From IMG/VR virus record IMGVR_UViG_3300035212_002004, positions 104,100 to 168,099 of that record: a stretch of 64,000 bases of DNA; one strand, 5' to 3'. Source of the stretch: a virus (taxonomy: Duplodnaviria; Heunggongvirae; Uroviricota; Caudoviricetes). A model generated the notes under the pieces. It was not told the origin of the DNA. It did no database searches and saw nothing but the letters and a program-made list of their open reading frames with translations. Each line of letters begins with the position of its first letter. The first letter of the stretch is position 1. Of the stretch, positions 49,523 to 59,948 are shown piece by piece. A program made the position numbers and the translations under genes.

Positions 49523-49819
49523 TTATCTACTTTTTACAGACTCAATTGCTTCATGACCTGAATTAATCATTGCAATTACTCCTCCCCACATATTCTCATC
49601 AGCTTCCCATTCAATATCATGAGGCTTATGTTTCATTCCCCAATTACTTAATGCGAATCCGTTACCACTCATTTTGAAGTCACCTTCTTCATTTTTCTTA
49701 AAAGTAATGTAATGGATATTATCACACATACTCGCTACTGTTTTGAAAATTACTTCTCTTGCACCTTCTTTAATAACTAATTTAGGTGGATTTACTCTTA
49801 ATTCAACATACTTGCTCAT
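49523..49819 (-). CDS. hypothetical protein
   Basis: 98-aa ORF. Confidence 0.5.
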   Translation of the reverse strand: MSKYVELRVNPPKLVIKEGAREVIFKTVASMCDNIHYITFKKNEEGDFKMSGNGFALSNWGMKHKPHDIEWEADENMWGGVIAMINSGHEAIESVKSR

Positions 49820-49840
49820 AACATTTATTTTTTAATAAGC

Positions 49841-49975
49841 TTAATACTGGTAACATTTTAATAATCTTTTCATTACTTGATATTCAGTCATGTTTGGATA
49901 TAATACCCTCCAACTATTTCTTATACGTTGTATATGTACTCTAGTTTCGAAATGTGCTCTTGACTCTACTTTCAT
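49841..49975 (-). CDS. small hypothetical protein (44 aa), not in ORF track
   Basis: ATG 49975 with promoter box upstream. Confidence 0.35.
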   Translation of the reverse strand: MKVESRAHFETRVHIQRIRNSWRVLYPNMTEYQVMKRLLKCYQY

Positions 49976-50033
49976 AATATATTTTTTTAATTACCCTTAA
50001 ATATACGAAATAAAATTTAATAAACCTAATATA

Positions 50034-50153
50034 AATTTAATTTCTCCCCCAACGTTTCATAGAATGTTTAGTTGAAGATGGTTTATGATTACAATGGTTA
50101 GAGGCACAATTAACTAATATTAAACTTACCAAAATTATAATTAATACTTTCAT
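50034..50153 (-). CDS. small secreted/lipoprotein-like peptide (39 aa: MKVLIIILVSLILVNC...), not in ORF track
   Basis: Signal-peptide-like N-terminus ending in Cys. Promoter box upstream. Confidence 0.35.
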
Positions 50154-50289
50154 AATATTTTATTTTTTAAAATTATACTTAAATATACGAATTTTATTTT
50201 AATGAACCTAATCAATGTAAATAGCCCCTTTACGGGGCCATTCACGAGTATAATTAAAAAATATAATTGGTTATGAAACAATTATGTTG

Positions 50290-50478
50290 TTAATACTTGG
50301 CGCAATTCTTTCCATCTGCACTTCTGTATAAGGTGTATACTAACGCCTCTTTTAATTCTGTTACCTTACAATCCTTCATATTCCAGCCTCTTTCCTTAAC
50401 ATCTTTAAATAATGTTTCAGTTGTAGTTCTGATTTGATTGAATTTATCTATGGTTGTATTTATTACTTGTAATGTCAT
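50290..50478 (-). CDS. hypothetical protein
   Basis: 62-aa ORF. Confidence 0.4.
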   Translation of the reverse strand: MTLQVINTTIDKFNQIRTTTETLFKDVKERGWNMKDCKVTELKEALVYTLYRSADGKNCAKY

Positions 50479-50492
50479 AATTATGTTTAGTT

Positions 50493-50696
50493 TTAGTTGA
50501 ATAATTTATTTCCCATCTCCATGAATTTTGTGAATTCCTCTACACCCATCTCTTTAATAAGACTTGTGTTTAATATATGATACTGCTTATTTAATTCATT
50601 TCTCTCTTCTTGAGATTCATATTCCTTATTGTTAATTTTCCAATTAACATCTAATAAATCACTAAATAATTCTCTTGCTTTATCTGTTTTAAACAT
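50493..50696 (-). CDS. hypothetical protein
   Basis: 67-aa ORF with promoter box. Confidence 0.45.
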   Translation of the reverse strand: MFKTDKARELFSDLLDVNWKINNKEYESQEERNELNKQYHILNTSLIKEMGVEEFTKFMEMGNKLFN

Positions 50697-50866
50697 AACA
50701 ATATATTTTAAATTAATAATACTTAAATATACGAATTTTATTTTTATAATCCTAATACTCTATTTAAAAATAAAAATTACCCTTCTGGAGCTTCACCAGC
50801 CTTCTAGTATACTTATACCTCTCAGCTAAGAGTCAGTACGAGCTTTTTACTTTGGATAATTTTTAG

Positions 50867-50925
50867 TGGAGTGAGAGGAATCGAACCTCTTGCCTAAACA
50901 GTCTTGCCGTAATCGAACCACTCCA
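50867..50925 (-). ncRNA. 59-nt tRNA-like element: perfect 7-bp acceptor stem + canonical T-arm (AGAGG-TTCGATT-CCTCT), no recognisable D or anticodon arm
   Basis: Hand-folded. 28 nt between acceptor and T-arm contain a GGCAAGA direct repeat, not an anticodon hairpin. Confidence 0.35.
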
Positions 50926-50971
50926 GGACCTGCAGATCCAAATAATAATGACTACCAAAATTATTATTTTG

Positions 50972-51056
50972 ATGTTGTGACAGGATTCGAACCTGCATCT
51001 TTATGTCGCCCAGTATTTGTACTTACAACTTGCGTCTACCATTCCGCCACACAACA
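50972..51056 (-). tRNA. 85-nt type-II-length tRNA-like gene (acceptor, D-arm GCG-GAATGGTAGA-CGC and T-arm GCAGG-TTCGAAT-CCTGT canonical; anticodon arm not resolved by eye)
   Basis: D-arm resembles bacterial tRNA-Leu/Tyr/Ser class. Variable-arm hairpin CAT-aaag-ATG. Anticodon stem could not be paired. Confidence 0.5.
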
Positions 51057-51097
51057 AACTACATTCTAGGAATGCAAGAGAATATATAACAATTATT

Positions 51098-51358
51098 TTA
51101 AAAACATGATTGTATGATATCATCATGCCAATACCCAATATCATCATTTATAATTTCTAATTGAGCTTCAGTCATTTCCACTCCATCATAATCAGCACTT
51201 TCAATATAAGCGTCACAAAAATCTGGGTAATCATCAAAATCAATTCCACCAAATATTATATTATCAATTAAACTGTAATCCAAATCCAATTCTTCAGATT
51301 CAGGAAAGTTATCAGGATTATTTGAATTGAAATTATTATCATTATAAGTGTCTAACAT
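51098..51358 (-). CDS. hypothetical very acidic protein
   Basis: 86-aa ORF. Confidence 0.5.
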   Translation of the reverse strand: MLDTYNDNNFNSNNPDNFPESEELDLDYSLIDNIIFGGIDFDDYPDFCDAYIESADYDGVEMTEAQLEIINDDIGYWHDDIIQSCF

Positions 51359-51403
51359 AATACTATTTTTAAATTAATAATACTTAAATATACGAAATAA
51401 AAT

Positions 51404-52171
51404 TTAATAATTATAACCTTTTTTAATTTTAGAATAATCTCTTGAATCAAAAAGATTAGTTACATCTTTTATTTTACCATTTGATAATAAATCTATTAAC
51501 TGATACTTGATAAATTCTGCATCTTGGGCTAAACTACATTCAATATAATTTGAAATCCTTCCATCCCATGAATTCTGTATTAGGAACTCATCTGTGAATT
51601 CAAAACTATGTTGACCTGTTTCATTATTATAGGAAGCTGAACTATAGTTTAATTCATCTATTTTAGAAAGTAAGAACATGTAAGACATAAAAGAAGGACT
51701 TCCTATTACGTACCAACTATCTCCATCATTAAATGCTCTATACTGTATTCTTTGGATAGCTCTAAACATCTCACCTATCTCTGTTTTGCAAGGTCCTGAT
51801 TTAGGTATGTTATCTTCTTCAAATTTTTTAGTTAATGCTTTCAATTCATCTGAAACTTTGAACTTAGGTTCATATATATTATGACCACCCCTTAGACCTA
51901 TACTACCTCCTGATAATCTTTTATACTCTCTATGAATATATTCATCCATAGTTAGTGATATATATTCAGAAATATCAACTAAACCTGCTTGCTGTCCATT
52001 CCATTCAATACGTACTCCTGCTCTTTTAGCAATCATTAATTCTAACGAATCCTTACCCTTACCACCCCAGTTACCATCTTGAAAATAGAAATTTTGTAGA
52101 TCTAAATCTTTTAAATCTTGAACAACTCTTAGAGCAAATCTTAGTTTTGTAATATTTGATACTTGTGTCAT
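51404..52171 (-). CDS. hypothetical protein
   Basis: 255-aa ORF with promoter box. Confidence 0.55.
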   Translation of the reverse strand: MTQVSNITKLRFALRVVQDLKDLDLQNFYFQDGNWGGKGKDSLELMIAKRAGVRIEWNGQQAGLVDISEYISLTMDEYIHREYKRLSGGSIGLRGGHNIYEPKFKVSDELKALTKKFEEDNIPKSGPCKTEIGEMFRAIQRIQYRAFNDGDSWYVIGSPSFMSYMFLLSKIDELNYSSASYNNETGQHSFEFTDEFLIQNSWDGRISNYIECSLAQDAEFIKYQLIDLLSNGKIKDVTNLFDSRDYSKIKKGYNY

Positions 52172-52393
52172 AACCTTTATTTTTTAAATTATACTTAAAT
52201 ATACGAATTAAAAATTATAAAGCCAAATTAATATTCATCATCGTAACCTAATTCATAATCGAACTCATCCTCAATTACATCAAAATCTTTAATTAAAGCA
52301 TCTATATCTTCATCTTTAATAATTTTATAAACATCAGGTTCTTGTTCTGTGTCTAATTTGTCCCAAACCGATTTTACTTGTTTAGCCATTGTT

Positions 52394-52603
52394 TTATTTT
52401 TTAAAAATTACTCTTTTTACTCTCATCCCATCCTTATCAACATATAATTGAGGGCATACAACTGCGTTCTCAAATGATTTGTTAATAAATTGTTGTACCA
52501 TCTCAGAATCGTTAGAAGTGAATTCAGCATAGTTTTCCCAAATGACTAATACTCCATTTTGATCTAATGTAAAATCATCACAAATATAAGCTGTAAATAT
52601 CAT
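52394..52603 (-). CDS. hypothetical protein
   Basis: 69-aa ORF. Confidence 0.45.
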   Translation of the reverse strand: MIFTAYICDDFTLDQNGVLVIWENYAEFTSNDSEMVQQFINKSFENAVVCPQLYVDKDGMRVKRVIFKK

Positions 52604-52760
52604 ATCTATTTATTTTTGTTTAAATATTCAATTAATTCTTGTGATAAAACACCTCCAGCATACATTAACCATAATTCTGCTAATCTTTCTTTTGACATAA
52701 CATTTTATTTAAAATTATACTTAAATATACGAAATTAATCTATAAAATCAAATACCTTTA

Positions 52761-53006
52761 TTAGTAATAAAATTGAAAATTATAATTATCTCCTACACTT
52801 CCTAAAGTTACAGTTTCATTTTGCAAATCATCATTCCAAATACAAGTATTATAAATTTTAATAAGAGTTACCTCTGACTCACTTTTATAAGTCACTTCGT
52901 AATTATTCCAACTAATAGTATTAGTAGTTAGTTTTCCTTTAAAACCTGTTTCATTTTCAATTGCTTGATTGAAAAAATTTACAACCTGTTCATCTGATAA
53001 TTTCAT
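52761..53006 (-). CDS. hypothetical protein
   Basis: 81-aa ORF. Confidence 0.45.
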   Translation of the reverse strand: MKLSDEQVVNFFNQAIENETGFKGKLTTNTISWNNYEVTYKSESEVTLIKIYNTCIWNDDLQNETVTLGSVGDNYNFQFYY

Positions 53007-53057
53007 AACATTTTATTTAAAATTACACTTAAATATACGAAATCTTATTTAATAAGC

Positions 53058-53378
53058 CTATTCATTTATTTCTTTTATTATTTGGTCTATATAGGCTTGT
53101 GCTTCTTTATAATCCTGCTGCATTTGTTTTAATACTTTAACAGGTATTTTAGAGGTAGTAAATGGTTTATCTTTCAGGAATGTATCATTTATGCTCCAGT
53201 TTTTATTCTCCTCTAAATAAGTGTGGAGTTCAGTTTGGAATGATATAAAATCCTCTACATACTCCTCTTCACTCAACCTCTCCTTATAAAAAGTTGAGTG
53301 AAAGAATTGTACTAATTCAGCTTTAGATAAGTTTGCTTTTGAGGCAATTAATTTAGCTATCTCTAATTTAGTCAACAT
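53058..53378 (-). CDS. hypothetical protein
   Basis: 106-aa ORF. Confidence 0.5.
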   Translation of the reverse strand: MLTKLEIAKLIASKANLSKAELVQFFHSTFYKERLSEEEYVEDFISFQTELHTYLEENKNWSINDTFLKDKPFTTSKIPVKVLKQMQQDYKEAQAYIDQIIKEINE

Positions 53379-53679
53379 AATTACCTAATTCTCTTAATAC
53401 TTCATATTGAGCATCACTTGAAATACTTCTTGAATTAGACCCAATATGCCATTCAATTGTCTCATCCAAATTTAATTCTCTATATTCCTTCCAATCATAA
53501 ATTGCGAATACGTTACCTTCATCAGTTTCTAAAACCCATTCAAAATTTACTTTATCTTCTCCTGTATTATAACCATAATCAGGTTCACCAAATACATTTG
53601 TTAATTGGTTAACACTTGCTTTAAATGTCACATCTTGGAATGAGGTTCCATTTGTACTTTGATTTGTTTTAGTTGCCAT
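53368..53679 (-). CDS. hypothetical protein
   Basis: 103-aa ORF. Confidence 0.5.
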   Translation of the reverse strand: MATKTNQSTNGTSFQDVTFKASVNQLTNVFGEPDYGYNTGEDKVNFEWVLETDEGNVFAIYDWKEYRELNLDETIEWHIGSNSRSISSDAQYEVLRELGNYVD

Positions 53680-53732
53680 AACCTTTTACTTTTTTAATTA
53701 ATAATACTTAAATATACGAAATTTATTTAATA

Positions 53733-53915
53733 TTACCTAATACTATAATTAAGATATTTCCCATCTTTCCAATTCAAGGTGAGATGTTTCATATTCTCAG
53801 TTATTAGATTAGTTGATTCATCATCTCGATAGATAATAACATCCATCCAATCATCATTAAATTCCTGCTGTGTACTTGCTTCAGCTTGGTCAATAAAATA
53901 AGCTACATTCATCAT
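53733..53915 (-). CDS. hypothetical protein
   Basis: 60-aa ORF. Confidence 0.4.
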   Translation of the reverse strand: MMNVAYFIDQAEASTQQEFNDDWMDVIIYRDDESTNLITENMKHLTLNWKDGKYLNYSIR

Positions 53916-54005
53916 AACATTATATTTTTAATTAATAATACTTAAATATACGAATTATTATTTAATAAACCAAATAAGGGGTCTATTAAATAGACCCCAA
54001 CTTAA

Positions 54006-54752
54006 TTACAATACATTATAATGTTTAACTTGACCAACTAAACTCGCAATACTCACTCTTGTCTCAGTTGTTTTATAACCACTACCTATCTCAATCTCAA
54101 CTGTACATGTTCTACCTTTAACTTCAATTATTCTGATTCGATTTAATTTTGGGCAGTAAGTACGTTTTAATTCTATATGTTGTGGTATGTCAAATACAAC
54201 TCCCTCTTCAGATGATAATTTAATTAATGTTGCTTCTGATTTGAGTGTGCTTATTTTATCATCTAATTCTCTAATACCTTTATTTATTAGATTCATTTGA
54301 TCATAACTTCTTTTAAATTCATCTTTAAAAAGATTTGAAGTGTTATTGGCAGTGTCAACTAAGTCATGTTGACGTTTTAATACAACATCAGCTGCATCAC
54401 CTAATATTTTTAATCTCTTTAATTCCCATTCATCATCCCCTTTTGTTGAAGTTGTATAATAAGATAAATCAACTCCATCATAACGTTGTCCTTCCTCAAA
54501 ATATCTTTCTCTTAAATAAAGAGTAAATAATTCCTTTCTACGATTTAACTCGGAGTGGTCCATTTTAAAATAAATAGATCCTCTTGTTACTTCAATGTAG
54601 ACATCTGGATGGAACCCTTCAAAATAAGGAATTAAAGCATTACTCATTGCTTGTTCCTTTCTTGTGTAGATTTCAGATCTAGCTTCTTCTAACTCATTCT
54701 TTTGAGTTATGAAGATAGCTTTTTGCTCTTCTAATGCTTTAATTACTATCAT
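54006..54752 (-). CDS. hypothetical coiled-coil protein
   Basis: 248-aa ORF. Confidence 0.5.
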   Translation of the reverse strand: MIVIKALEEQKAIFITQKNELEEARSEIYTRKEQAMSNALIPYFEGFHPDVYIEVTRGSIYFKMDHSELNRRKELFTLYLRERYFEEGQRYDGVDLSYYTTSTKGDDEWELKRLKILGDAADVVLKRQHDLVDTANNTSNLFKDEFKRSYDQMNLINKGIRELDDKISTLKSEATLIKLSSEEGVVFDIPQHIELKRTYCPKLNRIRIIEVKGRTCTVEIEIGSGYKTTETRVSIASLVGQVKHYNVL

Positions 54753-54796
54753 AACCTTTATTTTTTAAATTATACTTAAATATACGAATTTAAAAT

Positions 54797-55195
54797 TTAT
54801 AAGCCAAATATGTTATATAACCTTTTAGCACCTGTGAACCCGTATTGACCATTTAATTTTTCGTTTAAGTCAAAATCTAAATAGGTATTCCATCGATCAA
54901 TAGTGTCTTTAGTACATCCCTTTAATGAAGTGGCTACTTGAATTACCTCCTTAGCGATTGCTTTAGGTAATTTATTATTTTCCTTTTCATATTTGGACTC
55001 ATAATTTTTACCTCCACCTTCACTATTACCTGTTCGAGGTTTAGTTTCAATCATCTCATATGACTCAATGTTTGGATTTTTAAGAAATTCCCTTACATTA
55101 TCTATTAAGATTTCATTTTTACCATTTTTGAAACAAACAATTTTATAAATGGTAATATCAGGCCTATCTTTATATTGAACTGCTACTCTACTCAT
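54797..55195 (-). CDS. hypothetical protein
   Basis: 132-aa ORF. Confidence 0.5.
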   Translation of the reverse strand: MSRVAVQYKDRPDITIYKIVCFKNGKNEILIDNVREFLKNPNIESYEMIETKPRTGNSEGGGKNYESKYEKENNKLPKAIAKEVIQVATSLKGCTKDTIDRWNTYLDFDLNEKLNGQYGFTGAKRLYNIFGL

Positions 55196-55213
55196 AACTT
55201 ATTTACTTTTAAA

Positions 55214-55480
55214 TTAACATCCATCACAATTAGAAGCATCATCTCCACATGCCCCACAATAAGTGACCTTACTATCTTCTAATTCTTCTCTTTCTTCAAA
55301 CATATACCTAACCTCATCTATTGGTTGAGACATTACTAATTGTCTTAACATTTGATCATGCATTCCTACCTGTTCAAGTATATATTGCATTGTCTCCCCA
55401 TCTACCCCTATATGAGATAGATCTGAAATTATTCTTTCTACTTTATCTCTTACTCTTAAATCTTGCATTTGTGATGTCAT
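55214..55480 (-). CDS. hypothetical protein with C-terminal Cys cluster (CGACGDDASNCDGC)
   Basis: 88-aa ORF. Confidence 0.45.
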   Translation of the reverse strand: MTSQMQDLRVRDKVERIISDLSHIGVDGETMQYILEQVGMHDQMLRQLVMSQPIDEVRYMFEEREELEDSKVTYCGACGDDASNCDGC

Positions 55481-55744
55481 AACACTTATTATTTAAAATT
55501 ATACTGAAATATACGAAATTTTATTTTACAAGCCTAACAAACTAAATAAGGACCCTTATTAGAGTCCTTTTTATTGTGTTTTTCTTTACGTTCATACTTT
55601 TTCTTATTCTTTTGAACAGTATGTCGTGACGCGGCCCAAATTTCTTGCATTGTGAATTGCACTACTTTCATTTTCATATATTAATTATTTTAACATAAAT
55701 ATACGAAGGCTCCCTATGGGAGCCTAGTACCTTATTAAAACCTA

Positions 55745-56542
55745 TTATGCTGCTATATACTCTTCAGCAATTGCCCATAACTTTTGATTCATATCAACGT
55801 CCTGTGTGAAGTTTTTAACGGCTCTTGACTTTCTTAACTTACCCTTAGCATTTAAGTAACCGAACCCACCACTTGTTAATTTCTCTTGAACTCTATTTAA
55901 TACAACCCAAACTGAATTACCTTCATCAGCTTTTCGTTCTGCTATTAATAGATTCTTAATTTCCTCATCAGGTATTTGTTTTTCCTCCCCGAATCTAGCT
56001 TCAACAGCTTTGAGAGCAAAATCATGTTGTTGTTCAGGTGTCATTTCGACTTGTGAGAATTTGTTAAGATTTGCCACCATTGTTGGCAGTGTGTTCACTA
56101 ACTCGCCAATATAATTGCGTAAATCCTCAAATGAGTAACCCATATGTCTCATTTTAAATCCTCCAAAGTCTTCAGATTTAATAACTAACCCATTTGAACA
56201 TACTAATCTAAATACTCCCATTTCAAACCTAACCGCTGTTGAGCCATCATGTGAGTTGATTAATAATAAACTTGGATACATATCAGCTTTACCTTCCTCA
56301 TTGTTAATTACAATTTCAGGATTAAAAAACTGAATTAAATGTTTTGCAGTTGCAGACGTTTTCTTTCGGGTCTTAACTGTCTTAACATCATATGGTAACC
56401 ATCCTAATGCTTCCATATCATCAACTATAGTGTCAGTTGGGATATGTACATACTTGTTAGTTAAATTCTCACTAACAACGTGATTGAATACTTGAGGTGC
56501 TAACGTGGTTAATTCCTCTCTTGATAACGCTTTTAAACTCAT
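55745..56542 (-). CDS. DUF932-like phage/plasmid-related protein
   Basis: SLLLINSHDGSTAVRFEMGVFRLVCSNG resembles the DUF932 core. 265 aa. Confidence 0.4.
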   Translation of the reverse strand: MSLKALSREELTTLAPQVFNHVVSENLTNKYVHIPTDTIVDDMEALGWLPYDVKTVKTRKKTSATAKHLIQFFNPEIVINNEEGKADMYPSLLLINSHDGSTAVRFEMGVFRLVCSNGLVIKSEDFGGFKMRHMGYSFEDLRNYIGELVNTLPTMVANLNKFSQVEMTPEQQHDFALKAVEARFGEEKQIPDEEIKNLLIAERKADEGNSVWVVLNRVQEKLTSGGFGYLNAKGKLRKSRAVKNFTQDVDMNQKLWAIAEEYIAA

Positions 56543-56916
56543 AACATTTACTTTTTTTAATTAATAATACTTAAATATACGAATTAAAAATTATAAAGCC
56601 TATTTTCTATTAAAAAGTCTTTTAAAGAAACTGGCTTTTGCCTCTACAGATTCTACAGGTGTACTTACTACTGATTCTAGATACTCTGTTGTACACATGT
56701 GTGCGGGTCTAACTGTTTTGATGTTTAATCCCTTTACCTCTTTAATAAGTTGTTGTCTTCTAGTCATAATTATTTTACTCCGTTTTGTTTATAATGATCC
56801 GCTTTGGAAAATTTCGTTGTTGATAATTCTTTCTTAACTTTAGGTTGATTTAAAGTTGGTAACCACTCAATTAATGATTGGTAATTCTTTTTAGCACTGT
56901 TTTTACTCATCTTTAT

Positions 56917-57237
56917 TTATTTATTAATTATATATTCTATTATTTCATAATTTAACCAATTTAAAGGAATCAAAACAGGGCCTTCAGTACAACTATGTGT
57001 TCCATAAAATCCCATAGTCATTGAATCGGGATCTTCATCTAATTGTTTAGTTCGAACAAGGGTTTTTGAGGATTTTCCTATTATTTGCCCTACATAAAAT
57101 TTCCATTCACCCCCAAATTCAATTTTATTTTGTTCAAATAATTTAGTCATCATTTGTACACCCAATTCATTTAATCCTTTATTTACAACCTTTTTCATAA
57201 CATTTTGTTTAAAATAATACTTAAATATACGAATCAT
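56917..57237 (-). CDS. hypothetical protein
   Basis: 106-aa ORF. Confidence 0.5.
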   Translation of the reverse strand: MIRIFKYYFKQNVMKKVVNKGLNELGVQMMTKLFEQNKIEFGGEWKFYVGQIIGKSSKTLVRTKQLDEDPDSMTMGFYGTHSCTEGPVLIPLNWLNYEIIEYIINK

Positions 57238-57240
57238 ATT

Positions 57241-58368
57241 TTACATATCCAAACGATCTATTTGAATGACTTTAGGAAATCGTAATGAACCGTCAGTTGT
57301 TTTCTCAAAATATTTAACAGTTGCTAACTTACCTATTAATTGGTCTTTAATAGCCCATATCTCTTCTAAATACTCCATTGTTCCATTAATAGTTGAGTCA
57401 AATTTAACTCCCTCTAGTGTTTGAAATGACATAGTAGCGGCTTTGTTAGCAAACTTACCTACTCCTTCATTAACTGATAGTATTTTGAACTCATCATCAT
57501 GGAACGTTTTATGTTTTAATAAACCATTGGAACGTTTATTTTCATATAACGAATTTGGGTCTCTTAATATTTGACCTTCAAATCCTTGTCCAATATAATG
57601 ACTTAATTGTTCATCTACATGTTTTGCATCAGGTAATTCATAAGTTGCAATTACTTTATAAATAAATGGATCTAAATTAAATTCTCGTTTTAAATCAAAT
57701 AAATTTTCACATCTCCCTTCATAACCATAATCAACTTCATTAGGATCTAACATATCATACATCCAATATTCAATATATTGAGCAGATAAATCTAAATCAG
57801 CTTGTGTTGGTTTAGTTTTTCTAACACATGAAATAATAGTGTTAAAATCAACGTCCCTATTTGAAGTATACAATTCACCGTCTAATACTAGGTCCGGTTG
57901 AGTATCGAAGATATGCTTTAAATTTTCATACACATGCGGTGCAGATATAATCTCTTTACCATTTCTAGTCCACATCCCATCAGATTTGACTACACATCTA
58001 ATACCATCTAGTTTAGGTTGTGATAGGATTGGAAATTTAACCTTATCTTTACGTTTATCATAATCCTGTGCCAACATTGGTGCAAAAAATACTTTCTTAT
58101 CACAATCATTAATATCCTCCCAATAACCTAAATCTTTACGTTTTTGCCATAAAGCAACCGCTTCTGATGATACTTGCTCTTCAGCTGTAGTAGCATTCTT
58201 TTTACCTATATTTTTAGGTTCACATCTTGTCCAGTCACCTGTAAATTGTTTCATATTAACAAATCCTGTTGTAGTTCTAAAACTGTCACCATCAACTTCA
58301 ATTTGCCATTGATTGATATGTTCTTTACTATTAGAACGTTTATATAATGTTGGGAATAATTTTACCAT
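57241..58368 (-). CDS. ATP-dependent DNA ligase
   Basis: Motif I KLDGIRC (KxDG). Motif III VLDGELY. Motif IV EGQILRD. Motif V LLKHK. 375 aa, T7/T4-type size. Confidence 0.8.
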   Translation of the reverse strand: MVKLFPTLYKRSNSKEHINQWQIEVDGDSFRTTTGFVNMKQFTGDWTRCEPKNIGKKNATTAEEQVSSEAVALWQKRKDLGYWEDINDCDKKVFFAPMLAQDYDKRKDKVKFPILSQPKLDGIRCVVKSDGMWTRNGKEIISAPHVYENLKHIFDTQPDLVLDGELYTSNRDVDFNTIISCVRKTKPTQADLDLSAQYIEYWMYDMLDPNEVDYGYEGRCENLFDLKREFNLDPFIYKVIATYELPDAKHVDEQLSHYIGQGFEGQILRDPNSLYENKRSNGLLKHKTFHDDEFKILSVNEGVGKFANKAATMSFQTLEGVKFDSTINGTMEYLEEIWAIKDQLIGKLATVKYFEKTTDGSLRFPKVIQIDRLDM

Positions 58369-58758
58369 AACCTTTCTTCTATTAATTCGTCTATTTGTTG
58401 TTTACAATCTTCAATACTACTGCCAGTACCTCCGGGTTCATCACAATCATTTGTATTATAAAATACATATTTTACACTTTCAAGGTGTAAATAATTATAA
58501 TCATTTATTAATATATCATAACCTTTATAATTTAACATAATACTATTTTTTAAATTAATAATACTTAAATATACGAATTAAAAATTATAAAACCAAATCA
58601 TTTTCAACTATCTCAAATCTTCTTCCATCTATGTTATTTGTACCATATATGTAAGCCAAGTTATAATCTACAAAACTTTGAATATCATTCTGAAAGATTT
58701 CATAACTATCAAAGTAAAAAGGAATAACGGTGTAAATTTTCATATTATATATTTTAAA

Positions 58759-58941
58759 TTAATCTATATTCATCACCCCTACAATCTCAGTATATTTAGT
58801 ATCCACTAATTCTTTTCTAATTTCCTTAATCTGTTTTATGTTTTCTGCTCCTACCTTTTTAATGGCTGTTTGAACGTTAACATAAAGTGATGGATGAGTT
58901 TTTCCTGTCTTTAACACTACTTGGTAATAATTTCCTATCAT
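58759..58941 (-). CDS. hypothetical protein
   Basis: 60-aa ORF. Confidence 0.4.
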   Translation of the reverse strand: MIGNYYQVVLKTGKTHPSLYVNVQTAIKKVGAENIKQIKEIRKELVDTKYTEIVGVMNID

Positions 58942-59012
58942 ATTTTTCTTTTATACTTAAATATACGAAAAAAGGCTTGAGTTACCAAGCCTTTAATCAA
59001 ATATTTTAATTA

Positions 59013-59870
59013 TTAATTTCTATTTAAAAGTATTCCTGCTGTTGAACCAAATACATTGTGAGATCCATAAGGTGAAACACCTTGCTCAGCCCACTTTCTT
59101 TCAGTTTCGGCTTTATATAATTCAAGTAACTTAGGCTGTGATAAGATTTCTTTTGTCTTAGCATCATACTGTGCGGCTTCATAGTTACCTTTAGCTAATG
59201 CTACTTTCTTCAATGCTGTTTGCTCAGCTTGCTTTGTTTGAGATATAATAGTTGCTGTCTCTTGTAGTACTGCAATCTTTCTTTCTATAGCTGCTTTATA
59301 AGATGCTGGTAATGCCATTTTAAGAATTGCAATATTGTTTAATGTGAATCCTTCCTTCTCTAATGCTACATTTAAGGTCTTAGTTACATTAGCTTCGTAC
59401 ACATTCCTATGCTGTAGTAGACTATCTGATGCAAAACTTACAGCATTATCTAATAACTCTTTTCTAACTATAGTTCTTACTCTTGAATTTATTAAATCTT
59501 CCATATCAACTCTATACTTTATAAATAAATCAGCTGCTCTTGCCCTCTGCAATTGTAAGTTAATGGAAACATCTAATCCAAATGTAGCTCCATCTGCTGA
59601 TGTTACGTCAATATGTTCATCTGTTGGAGAGTCTTCGTTTGAATCTGCTGTCCATACCTTATGTTGAACTGATGTTGGATACATGAATACATCCTGTGTT
59701 GGTGGGAAATAGAAAATAAATCCACTTGCCATTTCAATGTTGGGAACTCCTTTATTGGTTCCAATTTGATCTACTACTAATGCTACTTCTGCTGAGTCGG
59801 CAATTTTACATGACCCTGCTAATCCTAACACTACTAAGATTCCTGCTACTGCTACTAAAATTCTGTTCAT
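59013..59870 (-). CDS. SPFH/band-7 (prohibitin/HflK-C-like) domain lipoprotein
   Basis: Signal peptide with lipobox-like LAGSC. EVALVVDQIGTNKGVPNIEMASGFIFYFP SPFH-like core, followed by Ala/Lys/Glu-rich coiled coil. Confidence 0.55.
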   Translation of the reverse strand: MNRILVAVAGILVVLGLAGSCKIADSAEVALVVDQIGTNKGVPNIEMASGFIFYFPPTQDVFMYPTSVQHKVWTADSNEDSPTDEHIDVTSADGATFGLDVSINLQLQRARAADLFIKYRVDMEDLINSRVRTIVRKELLDNAVSFASDSLLQHRNVYEANVTKTLNVALEKEGFTLNNIAILKMALPASYKAAIERKIAVLQETATIISQTKQAEQTALKKVALAKGNYEAAQYDAKTKEILSQPKLLELYKAETERKWAEQGVSPYGSHNVFGSTAGILLNRN

Positions 59871-59948
59871 AACTACTTTTGTTTAAATTGATTTAATTGT
59901 TTATTTTTATTAATAATACTTAAATATACGAAATTTATTTTGGAAAGC

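Noticed and set aside
50867-50925. Calling the 59-nt element a normal tRNA with a specific anticodon
   Set aside because: No D-arm or anticodon stem could be paired. Reporting an isotype would be invention.
50930-50970. Perfect 10-bp A/T-only inverted repeat (AAATAATAAT-n10-ATTATTATTT) between the two tRNA-like genes
   Set aside because: Made purely of A/T in a ~70% AT genome, so chance occurrence is high. Could be a weak spacer hairpin but not reportable as a feature.
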